From Perna viridis (taxonomy: Eukaryota): DNA of 64,000 nt. A model generated the notes under the pieces. It made no database searches. It saw nothing but the letters and a program-made list of their open reading frames with translations, and was not told the DNA's origin. The translations under genes were made by a program, and so were the position numbers. Location: assembly GCA_037379345.1 (NCBI GenBank), contig CM074514.1:3286001-3350000 (forward strand), in the 5' to 3' direction. Shown piece by piece: positions 24,501 to 39,500 of this stretch (its first letter is position 1; each line of letters starts with the position of its first letter).

Positions 24501-27500
24501 GAGATATATGACTTATTTTACTTAACAATATGTTTTTTTTAAATGAACAGGATATCCCAATAACTATGGATCAGAGACCCCAATTCCAGATGGACTTGCA
24601 GAGAATGGATACATGGTAGAAATTATAGCTAGAGCCTATGATCAAGTTGGTGCATTTGCTGATGCTTTGAACTATGTTAGGGTATGTATCAGTTTAAAAA
24701 GAATGTCCATTTTGATTGGACAAGGAGAAACATCAACATAAGACTTTGTAGATTTTTGTGGGTTATAACATTGAGGAGTCCTTTTGTCATTTTATTTCTC
24801 CTATTTTCAACTTTTGGTCTTTGACATTACAAAGGATAATTTTGGACAAAACTATGACTTAACTGAGTTATGTATTTTGCCACCTATGGTGCAAGAAAAT
24901 ATACCATTTTATTTTGTTTTTTTTTAATTTTTCACCTGTTGATGACAAAAAAATCAAAATATATATAGTGCAAAAAATGATTTCTGGTTTTGCAAATTAT
25001 AAAATGATCATGTCTATTTCTGTTTTAGGTTGACCCAGCAAATCAGCAAGATGTTTCTGATATGTTAGCTAATGCTACCAGTGAAACAGGAATTGTCAAT
25101 AACTTGTTTGTTGGGGCAGATATAAAGATTGCTCCAGTGGCCAAATGTCTAGGGAAGTTTCTTAATGAAGAATCAGATGCTGCACCATCAGACGCTGATA
25201 TTGTTGCTACCACAAGTAAGTTATTTGTAATTCCTTGACCCTCTAATTACTTCCAAGATAAAATTAATATGAATTTTCAGTAAATCAATTAAAAATGGAT
25301 TAACTCATTAAAAATTTGTATACATCTGTAGTATCGACTTATAAATCTCAAGTAAGATAACAATAAAAAACATAACTTTTCCATATATTTTCTGTATATG
25401 AAAATTTAAGATAATGAAAAATTATTCATGTACAATTTGAAAAAAATCTTCAATCCTATTTTATGCTCATTTTCACGGCAAAAAATAAAAGTTTTCGGTA
25501 TATTAGTGTATATCTTTGTTTTTTACTGACTTAGTAATATTATGTTGTACTTCAGTTGCTTCAACACAAGCCTTAAACTTATCTGAGGCAGACAGATTGG
25601 CTTTAGAACAACAACTTAAAGCTGAGCGTGAAGCAGCTCGTGTAAGAAGGACAGAGGTTAGTCATTATACTGTGTTAGAAGTACTGAGGTTAGTCATCGT
25701 ACCGTGTTAGAAGGACAGAGGTTAGTCATTGTACAGTGTTAGAAGGACAGAGATTAGTCATCATACAGTGTTAGAAGGACAGAGGTTAGTCATTATACCA
25801 TGTGAGAAGGACAGAGGTTAGTCATCGTACCATGTTAGAAGGACAGATGTTAGTCATTGTACTGTGTTAGAGGGACAGAGGTTAGTCATTATACCTTGTT
25901 AGAAGGACAGAAGTTAGTCATCATACAGTATTAGAAGGACAGAGGTTAGTCATTATACCATGATAGAAGGACAGAGGTTAGTCATTATACCACCACTGCT
26001 CATGTTAGAAGGACAGAGGTTAGTCATTATACCTCCACTGCTCATGTTAGAAGGACAGAGGTTAGTCATTATACCTCCACTGCTCATGTTAGAAGGACAG
26101 AGGTTAGTCATTATACCTCCATTGCTCATGTTTATAGGACAGAGATTAGTCATTATACCTCCATTGCTCCTGTTAAGATAGAGGTTAGTCATTATACCTC
26201 CACTGCCCATGTTTGAAGGACTGAGGTTAGTCATTATACCTCCACTACTTCTAATCTAAACTTCTTTTTAAGGTTTAAGGTTTAATACATGATATTTACA
26301 TGTTGTGTTTTTGTTTGATTTAATTTCTTTTGTATTTTTATAATATGTATTTTATTTGATTTACAGACCAGAGCAGCTATATTGAGTGGATTTAAGAGAA
26401 TATCAACAGCCTCAATAGAAGCTGTTCAGAACACTGCTGCAGCTCTGTCTGAATTGACCAAGAAAGAAAATGAAATGTCAGAAACTGCTCAGGTAAAATA
26501 CTGGTGTAGCACCAAAAAGATGGCAACTGAATTTCCAACCTTTTTTTGGCAAACTTTATCTCTTTTATACTGGCACAGTGAACCATATTACTTATTTGGC
26601 TGTAATAGCAAAATATACTGCACATATATAAACGGTTTGAACCCACAGTAAAATTACCATATTCACCTTTTGAAAAAAAATTTGAAGGCTATGCATTCAT
26701 TAAGGCCTAAATTTCAATAATTTATCTGAATTTATCTAATAGAGATAAAAATGACATGGTTTGGGTAGGATCTGTGTAGATAAGGAGAGGGTTAACAAAC
26801 AAAATTAATTTTAAGCCTGAAAAAATAAAAAAAAAAAACTTGTTAACTATTCTCTAAAGGATTGTTTTATAATCAGGGCTTGGATATCTTGAATTTATTG
26901 TTGAGCTCTTCAGAATTTGAAACAGGTGAATTATGATGTATTATAAAACTGAAGCTTATTGAATCAAAGAATCTAGTTTAAATCAGAAAAAAATAAATAC
27001 TATTTTACTTTTGTATAATAGTCATGGCCAAATACATAAATATATTTTGAAACATAAACACATAGAAGCCATTTATTATAGGAAGATAGTGTTGAGATAT
27101 TGAAAGGCTATACACAGCTGCTTAGTAAAGAAACACAGGTGTCTGCTGACGATAGAGAAGAAACTGCTACTACTATGGTGGAGGCTTTAGGTAAGAACTA
27201 GTAATTCAATATCTATGAGACTATGGTGGAGGCTTTAGGTAAGAACTAGTAATTGAATATCTATTAGACTATGGTGGAGGCTTTAGGTAAGAACTAGTAA
27301 TTCATTATCTATTAGACTATGGTGGAGACTTTAGGTAAGAACTAGTAATTGAATATCTATTAGACTATGGTGGAGGCTTTAGGTAAGAACTAGTAATTGA
27401 ATATCTATTAGACTATGGTGGAGGCTTTAGGTAAGAACTAGTAATTGAATATCTATTAGACTATGGTGGAGGCTTTAGGTAAGAACTAGTAATTGAATAT

Positions 27501-30500
27501 CTATGAGACTATGGTGGAGGCTTTAGGTAAGAACTAGTAATTCAAGATCTATGAGACTATGGTGGAGACTTTAGGTAAGAACTAGTAATTCAAGATCTAT
27601 GAGACTATGGTGGAGACTTTAGGTAAGAACTAGTAATTCAAGATCTATGAGACTATGGTGGAGACTTTAGGTAAGAACTAGTAATTCCATATCTATTAGA
27701 CTATGGTGGAGGCTTTAGGTAAGAACTAGTAATTCCATATCTATTAGACTATGGTGGAGGCTTTAGGTAAGAACTAGTAATTCCATATCTATTAGATTAT
27801 GGTGGAGACTTTAGGTAAGAACTAGTAATTGAATATCTATGAGACTATGGTGGAGGCTTTAGGTAAGAACTAGTAATTCAGTATCTATGAGACTATGGTG
27901 GAGGCTTTAGGTAAGAACTAGTAATTCAGTATCTATGAGACTATGGTGGAGGCTTTAGGTAAGAACTAGTAATTCAGTATCTATGAGACTATGGTGGAGA
28001 CTTTAGGTAAGAACTAGTAATTCAAGATCTATGAGACTATGGTGGAGACTTTAGGTAAGAACTAGTAATTCAAGATCTATGAGACTATGGTGGAGACTTT
28101 AGGTAAGAACTAGTAATTCAATATCTATTAGACTGTGGTGGAGACTTTAGATATACACTCATAGCTAAGTTAAGTATCAACAAGATTATGGTGAACACTA
28201 TAGAGATACAATCATAATTAAGTTAGATATAAATGAGTATATGGTTGAGGCTTTAGATATTCAATCATTATTATATTGAATATCAATGAGACCATGGTGG
28301 TCACTTTTATTAGGTAAACAATTTATTTTTGCTTGAAACAAATTTTTTTTTTTCAAATTGAAATTTTCAAATTTCAAATTAACTGAAAATTAGTATTGTA
28401 TCCATATTCATTACCAAATGTCTCTTCTCTTTTCTCTGTATTATTGAAGTATGGCTTAAAAGTGACTTTCTTCTGACAGGTAACATGATGCATGCTGCTG
28501 GATTTATGTCAGAATCAGCTGAGGACCAGTCTACAGCTTTGTATAATGGGTACTATGAAGTATCAGCTACAACACCATCACCATTCTCTACCACAACACT
28601 TACTGCAGGGCAGTACCAAGCTATTCAGGATGAACTTAATAGACAAAAAACAAAGGTTTGCTTCAAGTTATTGGCCTACATAGTATTGTACCAAAACTCT
28701 TTCTATTATGATATCTAATATATTAACTTAAGAAATACATGTTCCCAAAGAATTTCAGAAATTTATAATCATTTACTTCATACAGGTGCAGCAAATGGTT
28801 TATAGTTTGATCAATAAGTAACCATACTTTACTATAAATACATCATACCTTTGATACTAATCTGACTCAGTATTTTGTAGGGTAAAGAGATATTTCTGAA
28901 AGTAGAAGAACAGAAAGAAGAATTAATTAAGACCATATCTAAATACAAAGTGGTAGGGGAGAAAGATGCTGTTTTAGAATCTCCTAAACTCAATATAACA
29001 TTGAGGAAACGAATGACTATCAATCTTAACAACGGTATGTTGATAAAAACTTCATAACCATGACAGATAAATGCTTTCATACATGTATTTCTCTGTTATT
29101 TCTTCTTATTTTACAGAAGAAATAAACAATATAGTGCATTGATGAGAAACAAAGAATGATTTATGGATTAGGCTGAGAATCAGAGGCTCTGTCAATAATT
29201 TAAATGTGGGTCATGTCAGATAGACTTATTATTATTAATTTTCTTACAAAGTTTGTATATTGAATGCATGAACTGATGCATAGCAAATTCAATCAATTCA
29301 AGTAGTTTCAATCAAAACTGTTAGGATGTCCATCTAGTACTTAATTATTTTTTGTGTTTTAGACCCTTATCTAGAAGTTGGTGGCCATTCAAGTGTTTTA
29401 CAACCCAAGTCTCAGTCAATATTTGGTGAAACAGGCAATGAAACAACATACCAAGTGGAAATGGAGGTACTGCATGTCTAATTATATTGGTCTTCCAGTC
29501 AATACTGACTTTCTGTAAAATGTTACAGACTAAAACCAATATTGTAGACAACATTTTAGACTCTTCTCGAAAAATTTGGTAACAATTTTTGTGGTTTTCG
29601 TGGTCGAGTCAGACCACGAAACTTGTTTCCCAATGAAAAGGAGATTCTCATTGATGTGTTTACTAAAACCCTCAAAACAACGAATTGAAGAATTCATGAA
29701 CTTGTGTATCTTCCATAATCCTTGTAAATTGGTATTCAGGAATTTGTGTACTTTCACTGTAATAATCTGTGTTATAAATAACTACTATAATATTCTGTTA
29801 GATAACTTTCATAAACTGTGGAAGTACTATTCTTCGTGGAGTACCAATTTTCCGTGGTTTTCATGAATTGGCCAAACCATGAGATTCAGTGCCCATTGAT
29901 GTGTATACTGAAAACTTCAAAACCATAAATTCAAAAATCCACAAACTTGTGTCGTTTCCTTGATCCACAAAAATTGGTATTTACAAATTAAAGTACTTTC
30001 ACAGTAGTATAAATTGCCAAACCAAGCCAATACAGAATAACTGGTTTAAGAACGATATTAGCCTGGTTCTGATTAGGCCAACACAGGAGTTTCAGAACAT
30101 AATTTGATTTTAGCTTACATTTTGCCTGAAACCCCATTTTCATGTCTATTGAAAATCAAAAATTGAGAAAAAATAAAGACAAAGAATTCAGATGAGAGAT
30201 GTTTTGGTCAAGGACATCTTCAGATACATATGATGAAGACTATACACCTAATATTGCAAGTATTCAGAGAAACAATTAATTTTCTGTTTACAAAATGGAT
30301 GAGGTGCTGGGTAAGCTCAATCCTAAAACATGATCATGGTCAACGGTCAATTATTTAAATTTAATATTTCAACAGATGGGAAAAGATTCCATATATTTTC
30401 AGTAGTGCAAAACAGATGGCTTTATCCCAGTAAACTGAAATAAAAACTCATATTATAAAACAAGACAATTTGACATCAAATCCGTAAATGAACAAAGATC

Positions 30501-33500
30501 CAAGTGGTGCTGAGATCATAGATAGAGCTAGAAAGATTGAGAATCATGATGAATATGAATTTGATACACTTATTTCTTTATAAATTTTTGGAACACCTTT
30601 TATATTGTTGAGTGTAGTCTCCGCTTCATTCTGTGTTCTTTTTTTTTATCTGAAGACATCTTTGATCAATTCATTATTTCTTTGCTGCATTGGGTTGGTT
30701 TATTATTAAAGATATTGTTACATGACGATTTCATCAATATTCGTAATAATATAATATTATAGTTCACTCATAGACTTTATATTTATTTCAATTTTGCAGG
30801 CAGAGCGGCAGACAGTTAATGTATACACATGGACAGATACAACTGCTGGTAGTAAGCAAAAGATTTCTAGTGATGTTGTGTCATTGAAGTATCGTAACGA
30901 TAGTGGAGCTGAAGTACCAGTCCAAGATAATGCACAGATGTTTGATATATTTGTTGACAGGACTAATTATGAAACCTCTGTGGACATTGTGAGAAACATC
31001 ACACGAGACTGGAACCAGCCAATGGTTATTCACAGTGTTGACATAGAGAATACTGGTTCCCTGCATATTAAGCTAGATCAGATATTGAATGTAACAGATA
31101 TGATAGATTATATAGAACAAATGTTAGCCAATACTAATAATACAAATGATACACAGACAGAGTTTGCTTTAGAACTGAAACCAGTCGAGTGGTATGTTTT
31201 CATAAAGTAAGTTTTTACACAGTTTTATTATTTCCTGAAATTTTGTAATAAATTAATTGAAATGGAAACTCTATCAGATATTAGTGTGAGAGGAACATTA
31301 AGTCTTTGCTTACAGTATTGAGTATGTTATTGTTTTTTTATAAGTGTACATCAGTAATAAAACTATTAAATGTACTTGGATAAGACAGATTGTGTCTGTG
31401 ATTATGATTCAGAAAAAAAAAAACATCAGACTGTGTATTATCATCAATGCTAAAGACATTTCTGTTGATTATAGAGCTGAATCAGCACCAACTACAGACG
31501 ACTATGATTTTAACTGTACGCTACCACTGACAGATGAAGCTATGGCAGAGATGCTTAGTTACTTAGATACAATGGTTTATGAGAATGATACAACTGCTGA
31601 TCGATCCAGTTACATCAATGAACGTCCAGACAGATATACCTGCTTCTACACTAGTAACTTTCTTAACAGGTAATAGTAAGAAGTAGTTTTAATTCTCTGT
31701 CTTGAACCATATTGGAAAAAATGGCAAAAAACCATTTCCAGACCCAGTTTTTGACCATTAAAACAAATGACCTTGACCTTTGACCTTTGATCTTGGTATG
31801 TCCTGGTAGCATTTATGCTCCTGGTCAAGAAAACGTATGGTTCTTTGGTACTTTTCTTTGAAGTGTATAAAAAAAAATTAACTGATCCTGTTGAAATAGC
31901 ATAAAAAATCAGTTTTTTGGCCATGTCTCTTACAATTTCGAAAATGTTGGATGAACACCTCTACTTTTCTTGTAGAGCTTGTTATTCTGAACATCTTTGT
32001 CATTTACAGTACACCTCTATCTGCAACGGTTTGTGACTTATAAGCCCAAAATTGCAAAAATCACAAAAATACTCGTTTTCGGGCTATAACATCAAAACAC
32101 TACATTAAAATGCTTAGTGTTCTACATAACAAATGAAGATCTCACATTTTATGTGTCCGTCATTTTCTTCTGTCTGTTACCGTTTTCAAGTCCACCCCAT
32201 AACAAGGCCAAGGTCAAATTTCAGTTACCTTTGACCTTTGACATTTTTAAACACACAACAAATTATCTACGATCAACAGTGAAGGTCCCAGTCTGTATGA
32301 TTTATGGTTTTAATGTTAAGTGACCAACCAAATTTTAAGTCACTAAATCACATAACCAGGGAAACCTCAAATTTTTTCGAAACATTGTCAAGTAGTACTG
32401 CCCTCTGTTTCTGAACATTTGGAACTTTCTGCTTATGTGTACCTATAATAGTTTAAGAAATTTTTACAAAATTAGTTTTCCCGCTATGGGGCAGATAACT
32501 CTGGAATGACAAATGATCACGTCTCACAGGGTTAATTCCAAAGTCTTATCTCAGATTGCAAAAGATGGTCAAAATTTTGTGGCAATACGATTTAATCACA
32601 AGCGGGGAAATCGGGCGGCAGAAAACAAAAAAAAAGAATAATAATAATCAGAAGAAATACAAGGTCTTCCCTTTGAAATTGAAAAGACTTTGATTAAATT
32701 AAGATAATGAAAAATCACCGTGAAACATTGGACAATACCAACTATATAATCAAAAACACTGAAACATTTGAACTTGAGCTTGATATAACAAATCAAGATA
32801 TTAAGCAAAAAACTATCATGCCAAGAACTTACTTGAAAACTTTAAAGGAAATAAAATGCATCACTATGCAATTTCAAGCCCTCACATGGTGATAGTGTGA
32901 TTTATAATTGTAATTTAGAAAATATTGTAGTGAATCATATGACCTAACTGTTGAGATTGTCCAGGAAATATATTGTACAACTTCTCGCAACAACTTTGGC
33001 CAACTATGTTGGCTTAGGGGGAGTGAAGGTTACTGTGAAAATAATTGTCTAGATAGAAATCATGTCTTTGTATAGCATGGCCGTCAATTCACCCATAGTG
33101 TCTACACATTGGAGCAGTGACCAGGACTTAACTAGAAAGATTGAAGTCCATTCGGTATGGAAACAGGAGCCCTGTTACCAAACTTTGCTCAAAGTTTGAA
33201 GAGGCAAGATACATACAAGATTGCAACAGGATTGAAGTGATAGTCATTTCTCAGAGACTGATTAAGAAACAGACATTCTTGGAGGAACTTAATGAACAAA
33301 TCATGAATGTGACGGATACAGAGAACATTGACCAAGAAATCATGGACTCAGATGAACATTCTGTAAACCTGGAGACTAGAGTCATGGAGATGCATAAGTT
33401 TGTAAAAGTTATCGAAGCCCAAATGTCACTGTGGAATGGAACAACGGTTCCCATTACATTAAAAGAATGGAACAAAGGTTCCCATTACATTGAACACACT

Positions 33501-36500
33501 CAACGTTTTCTTCAAGATCTAGTACTCATTGCCTACCAAAACTCACATTCCTAGCTCTCTGCAACAACATATTGGATTTGCAAAGTTTTTGGCAGCTGAG
33601 TAAGCTGTGCATCTAAATATATCGTTAAGAGATGTTCAATGTTTTAAGTACCTGAAAGCCCAACTCACTGGAGAAGCATTGCAATCAATAACAGTGTTTG
33701 CTTTAACTAATGTTATCTACATGGAAGCCCTAAACTTGCTCAGGAAAGGTCACGGAGCATACATAAAAGCCCTACTTCAAATGCCATCCAGAAACAACCT
33801 CACAAGCTTGAAGCTACAATTTACAATAAAATGGAATTGATCAGGTGCGGATCCAAGGACTGGTGTACCTGGCGTATGCCCCCCCCCAAAATCGGTAAGA
33901 AAAAAAAGTTTTGGCTCCATAACATTTTTTGCCTTGCTTTGCACTGCATTTAATTCAATTAACACCCCCTTAAACTCAAATCCTAGATCAGCCCCTGGTG
34001 ATGAGTGTAAAACTGTAGATTCTTGTTATTGAGACAAATCACTTGATAGATGCTCCAATGTGCTACTTAAAACCACTATTTGTGCCAGTTGGGTTAGAAA
34101 TCATGACCATAGATACCCACCTACTGTTTGATGAAGGAGCCCAGAGATCTTTCATAAGTATTCAAAGGACTTAGAATAAACAAAAAAGGTACAGAAAAGA
34201 TACACTAGTCATCATTTGGAAGTAAAACCAACAATGTCAGATATTTAGAAAAATCTACAGTATACCTACAAGCAGACGACGGAAAGAGGTCACCCATCAA
34301 AGTACTTGTAGTACCAACAATAGCCATGCTGCTACAGAACCGTCGGTAAATTAGACTGTAATTTGAAGTACTTATGAGAATTGAAATAAGTGCATCTAGT
34401 GACACAAGACAATTCATTTGAGATATCCCTTGCAGATTATTACTGGTACATAGTAGAGGACTTTATGGTGCTGAAAAGTCTAAGATCAGATACTTTCTGT
34501 CAGGACTGGTGAAATATGACAGATATATATCAGGAACATCTCCTATTCAATACACTTAGAAGCCACAAAATAGAAGAATGCATGATGGAGTTGTTTTGGA
34601 AGTTAGAATCAGTTGGGACAAATAGCAATAAAACTGATGATGAAGGTGACATATTTTTGAGAATGTACCAAAATCAATCAATCGAATTTCCAGACAATAA
34701 GTATATTGCAAAATTGCAATGGAAACATAATCACAATGAAACACAAAACAGAAAATGTAATCAGATGTCTAAGCAAGCACCCAGATTTACTTGTAAAGTA
34801 CAGAGACATCATCAAGGAACAGGAACGTTGAGGATTTATAGAAAAAATTGACACAAATGCGCAGACCCCAGAGAAAATTCACTATATACCTTATCACCCA
34901 GTAACAAAGGAATTGAGCACGACACCAATCCGAATAGTCTATGACTGCAGTTGTCGTCAAATGTTTGACCAGCCAAGTTTGATTGATTATCTCATGGATA
35001 CCCCCAGCCAAAACTGAATGACTTGACATGTAATTTATGAAGATTAAAACCAGTAGCTTTATCTACAGATATCGAGAAAGATTTCCTTCATGTTGGCTTG
35101 CATGAAGATAATAGACATGACCCGCTTTTTATGGTTATCCAACCCATCAGATCAGCATAGTCTATTTCAGGCATACAGATTCAAATCAGTACTTTTCAGC
35201 ACCACGAGCTCACTGTTCATAATAAATGCAACACTTCTCAAACATCTTGAACTCAACAGGACCAAGATACCCAAATAATGGAATGAGATTTATATGTAGA
35301 CAATATCATTTTTATGCCTACAGGGTGAAAGTGAAGCAATGAAATACTTGAGAGAAGCTAGGAGCATGATGATCAAAACAGGAATTAACTTGAGGTCATG
35401 GACTTCCAACAATGAAAAAGTAAGAGAGTTAGTGCAAGGCGAATAAGTAGTAGATCAAGACAAATAAACGAAAATTCCTGAAATGTTACAGAATAATGAA
35501 ACTGATGAAATATTGTGTCAGAAATAAGATTAACAACAAAATTACAGAACATTAATCCAGTTCATAATCAAGTCAAGTCCAAAATAAATCTGGCAAAATA
35601 GATATTACACCATTGTAGCAGCTGGTACTGCAATAGTCCTGATTTGGTACAAGCACTTCAGATGAAATGGTGGGTTAAATCTAGGTTTTACAGTGCACTA
35701 AATCTCCTTCTTCCATTGTGGTGTGACTATACCAGTGGTGATTAAAAAGCATTTGCATGCTATTTTCATAATCTGTAAACCAGCAGTCACATCAGCTCAA
35801 AGAACATTTTACAAAAACAGTCATTACTCATTGTTTTAGAATAAACAGTGTTTTTCAACTAAGGACTGATATCTAAAAAAGAATTTTGTAAGAGACCTTT
35901 TAAGACGTATTTCCTCATACCCCTGATTCAGGAGACTGTTAGGCAGATATTTATGGCATTCAAGGAAATCAGAGTAGTTAGTACTTTTTGACAGAAATAG
36001 CCAAAGACATCACACAGGCAGGCGAAATAGTGATTCAGAGATACTACTTCAACAATAATATGACATCAGAACCACTCATTCTTTATGTTTTCACAGATGC
36101 AAGTCGAAATACATGTGGATCAGTAGTGTATCTTAGAGTAGCACCACTGAAACAACTGACACTCCCTCGACTTAAGTTGATGGCAGTAGTAGTAGGTACC
36201 TGATTATCTTCACATATAAGTTCAACACTTCAATTCAACATCATATTTTGGTCAGAGCAGTATTGTGGTTCAGTGGACCAAGTCTACTAAACATTTTTTA
36301 GCGAACTGTGTGCATGAAATCTAGGAGCTGACTAACAATTGCAAATGGCTATATTGTCCAACTGATCAAAACCTTGCAGATATTTTGACTAAAGGAATTA
36401 CTGCAGGTCTGTTTAAAGAGAGCTCATTGTGGGCACATGGACTGTACTGGTTAAATGATGAGTCAGTGGCTGTCATCACATATTCCGAGTGAAACTGTTT

Positions 36501-39500
36501 TATCAAATATCACAGAGGAGACTGAAATACAGGATTGTATGAGCAATAGTGAGCAGAAAAGGGAGGATGCATCAAACATTATTGTTATAGGCATTACATG
36601 ATTTGGATCATACCCTAAATTAGTGCTCGAAAAAGCTTATGTCCAGAGATTCACATATAATTGCTTACATGACCAGGAATCTAGAAAACATAGATCATTG
36701 GAATCTGCCGAGATTCAATCTGCTCTAAAATTATGGATTTTACATAGTCAAGAAAAAACATATGGTGACGAAATGGGCTATTTGAGGAACAAAGAACAAC
36801 AGAAAACAAGCAAACGGCTGACTATGACGTTGCTGTGGGCTTAAATTAACCTCAATGTGAAAATAAATGTTTAGATAAAAACCATGTCTTCATATAGAAT
36901 TGCCATTGAGTCACCCATAGTGTCCACACAAACTCATTTGACTTGCTCTGTAATATCAAAGGAGCTGTACCACTGTAGCTAGTATGTGTCAAGTTTGGTT
37001 GGTTGTAAATCTTGTAAGATGTGGACTCTAATTGAAGATATCTTCTCTAATCTGTGAGATAGTAATTTGATTTCATGTCAGTCAATCAAGTTTTGATGAG
37101 GATCATAAACCTTCTGTAGTGATGATATTAAAAAAGACAGAACTTACCTCTGATTAAGAAGTTTATTTGATAATATCTGTGTCATACAGCTCACAGACTC
37201 GACTTTGTGAAATGTATACTCCATAGGCTGGAAATGTTGGTATGTTGCGACTTAGAAGGAAGAAGTTTACAATGTGGGGAAATTGAAATCATCACAAATG
37301 TAGGAACAGTTCGCCAATTCATTCCCATAGGTAATCTGATGGTCATCTGGAACACAAAATCTTGTTGACCAATATGATAAAATTTATTGCTCTTGAAAGA
37401 TAATTTATGCAGATATTAGCTTTTATCTTGAAAACAGACAACGATATACAGAATGAAACTTTTATTTGAATCTTTATTACATGTTCCCATTGTGTACCTA
37501 CTTTTTTTAGAGTTTGATCCAAATAGATTTGGAGGTTTCCCATAGCAAAACATGGACTATGCCATTTATGGATATGAGGACATGAAGTACTTATTATCAG
37601 TAACCCTTTTAACATCAATGTGTGGAATTCGTACAACTTTCACAGTATCTTAATTACATAGGTCAACTTATAATGTGCGCCTTCTATTTAAAATTGTGAT
37701 CCAAATCAATATCGTAGTCAAAAGGTGTATGTTATTGAATGGGGGAGTGGGGTATCAATTTAGTTTTTGTAGTTCTTTTTATATGACCTCAAAAAAGTTT
37801 GAGGTCATATAATGGTGTGGTACAGTGTCATCTTTTATGTTGTCATCTTTTGTGTTGTCATCATCCACTTGTTTTTGTGTGATTAGTTAAAAATTAGTGA
37901 GTAGATCTTTATTTTATAATGAAGTTCCAAACCACAAAAGGAAAATTAATATTGATTTTGGGGGATATGGCATGAACTGTATAAAAATTAGAGTCGAAAA
38001 AGGGACTAGAATGAAGCATTTCATAAAATGCTAGTCAAGTAAAGCATAGGGATGCCAATAATATTTTTCCTCAATATTCTATACCACAATGGCCAGAGTG
38101 GTTTTAATTTCTGAAACAAGCATTTTCCATATGTCTGGCCAATAACTTGAGAAATTATATTACAAGGTGCCACATCACGAAAGGAAGCCCAGAATTTATT
38201 TTAGGGCTTGTGACTTGAGCCAAGTAAGAATAAAGGGCCACAAAGGGGCCATAAACATGTAACTTTTTTTTCTGATTCCTTGATTACAATATAAGTAAAA
38301 GAGAATAGATCACTTTGAAATTGTACCACAAGGTGCAATACCCCCAAAGAAGGTTGGGATAGATTTTGGAGGTTTTGACAGGAAACATTTTGCAATAAGG
38401 GGCAAAAAGTGACCACTTTAGTTCTGATTAAATTCTTTTCCTGTGTCAAATATCTACTGTTAATCAAAATCAAAATTCAAAGCTGTGTAAAGTTTGAATG
38501 ATGTGTCCATACTTACCCCAGCTGTTCAAGGTTCGACCTATGATCGTATATAACTGCACCCTGTGAAACATTTTATTATTTTCAGGAATGAGACAACAAC
38601 ATATTACATAGGTATCAAGCACCTGTTGATGAATATGAGTGAAGATGATCCTGATTACTGGTTGTACTACTCTACTCTACCACCAACAACAACAACCACC
38701 GAACCAACGACAACAACCATTGTCTATACAACCATGTGTTATGAATTTTGGAAAAGTGATTATGATGATTATGAAGACTGGATGGATGACAATGATTTGG
38801 ATTCAAAAAATGTGGATATTACAAAGATATCTAAGTGGAAGAGAAGAGCTTGTACAAGTAAGTTTCAATGAATTGTTGAGAATTAGTGGTTAATAACTTA
38901 ATCAGTAGACCTAGCCTGTATATAGCCTGTATATCACAAATCTTACATTGAGGTAATTCTAATCACAAAACATATTATATTATCAATGTCTTATTCTAAA
39001 TTCTTATTCCATTTACTTAAGTTTTTATTTGCTTCTCTGGGACATTCTGTTTCTTTTGAAATAGTTTTTGTGTCACCTGGCAAGACTAAGGTATTTCTTT
39101 TCCAATGTTGTCATTGGCTTTGGCAGTTGTGTCCAAGTTGTGATCATAATGTTAAATTTCTGATTAGGTGATTTTAATTTGAACGACTTATGCTAGGTAT
39201 GTATTTAGCATCATTATATCTCAATTCTGTATCCATTAACTCCTGCAGTCAGGCTCTGTTGACATTGAAATTTCTTAATAAGTTTTCTGTCGGTTAAACA
39301 TGACTTGTACTAGGTCGATTGTATTTGGTATGTATTGCTTAATATTTCACAGTTCAGTAACTTTTTCATACATATGCCCCACAGTCTACTGACTTTGATG
39401 TTTACATTACTGTAGGCTCAGGAATTCTTTCTACTTAGGTGTTGTTAAATGGTTGTTTGGATATGATAAATTGTCAATAATATATAAAATTGTTACTATA

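Noticed and set aside
25953-26234. Repetitive ORFs on both strands
   Set aside because: By-products of the 42-bp minisatellite unit.
27172-28150. CRISPR-like regular array (also 41733-43520)
   Set aside because: No unique spacers, no cas genes and a eukaryotic intron context; the units are copies of the exon-intron junction.
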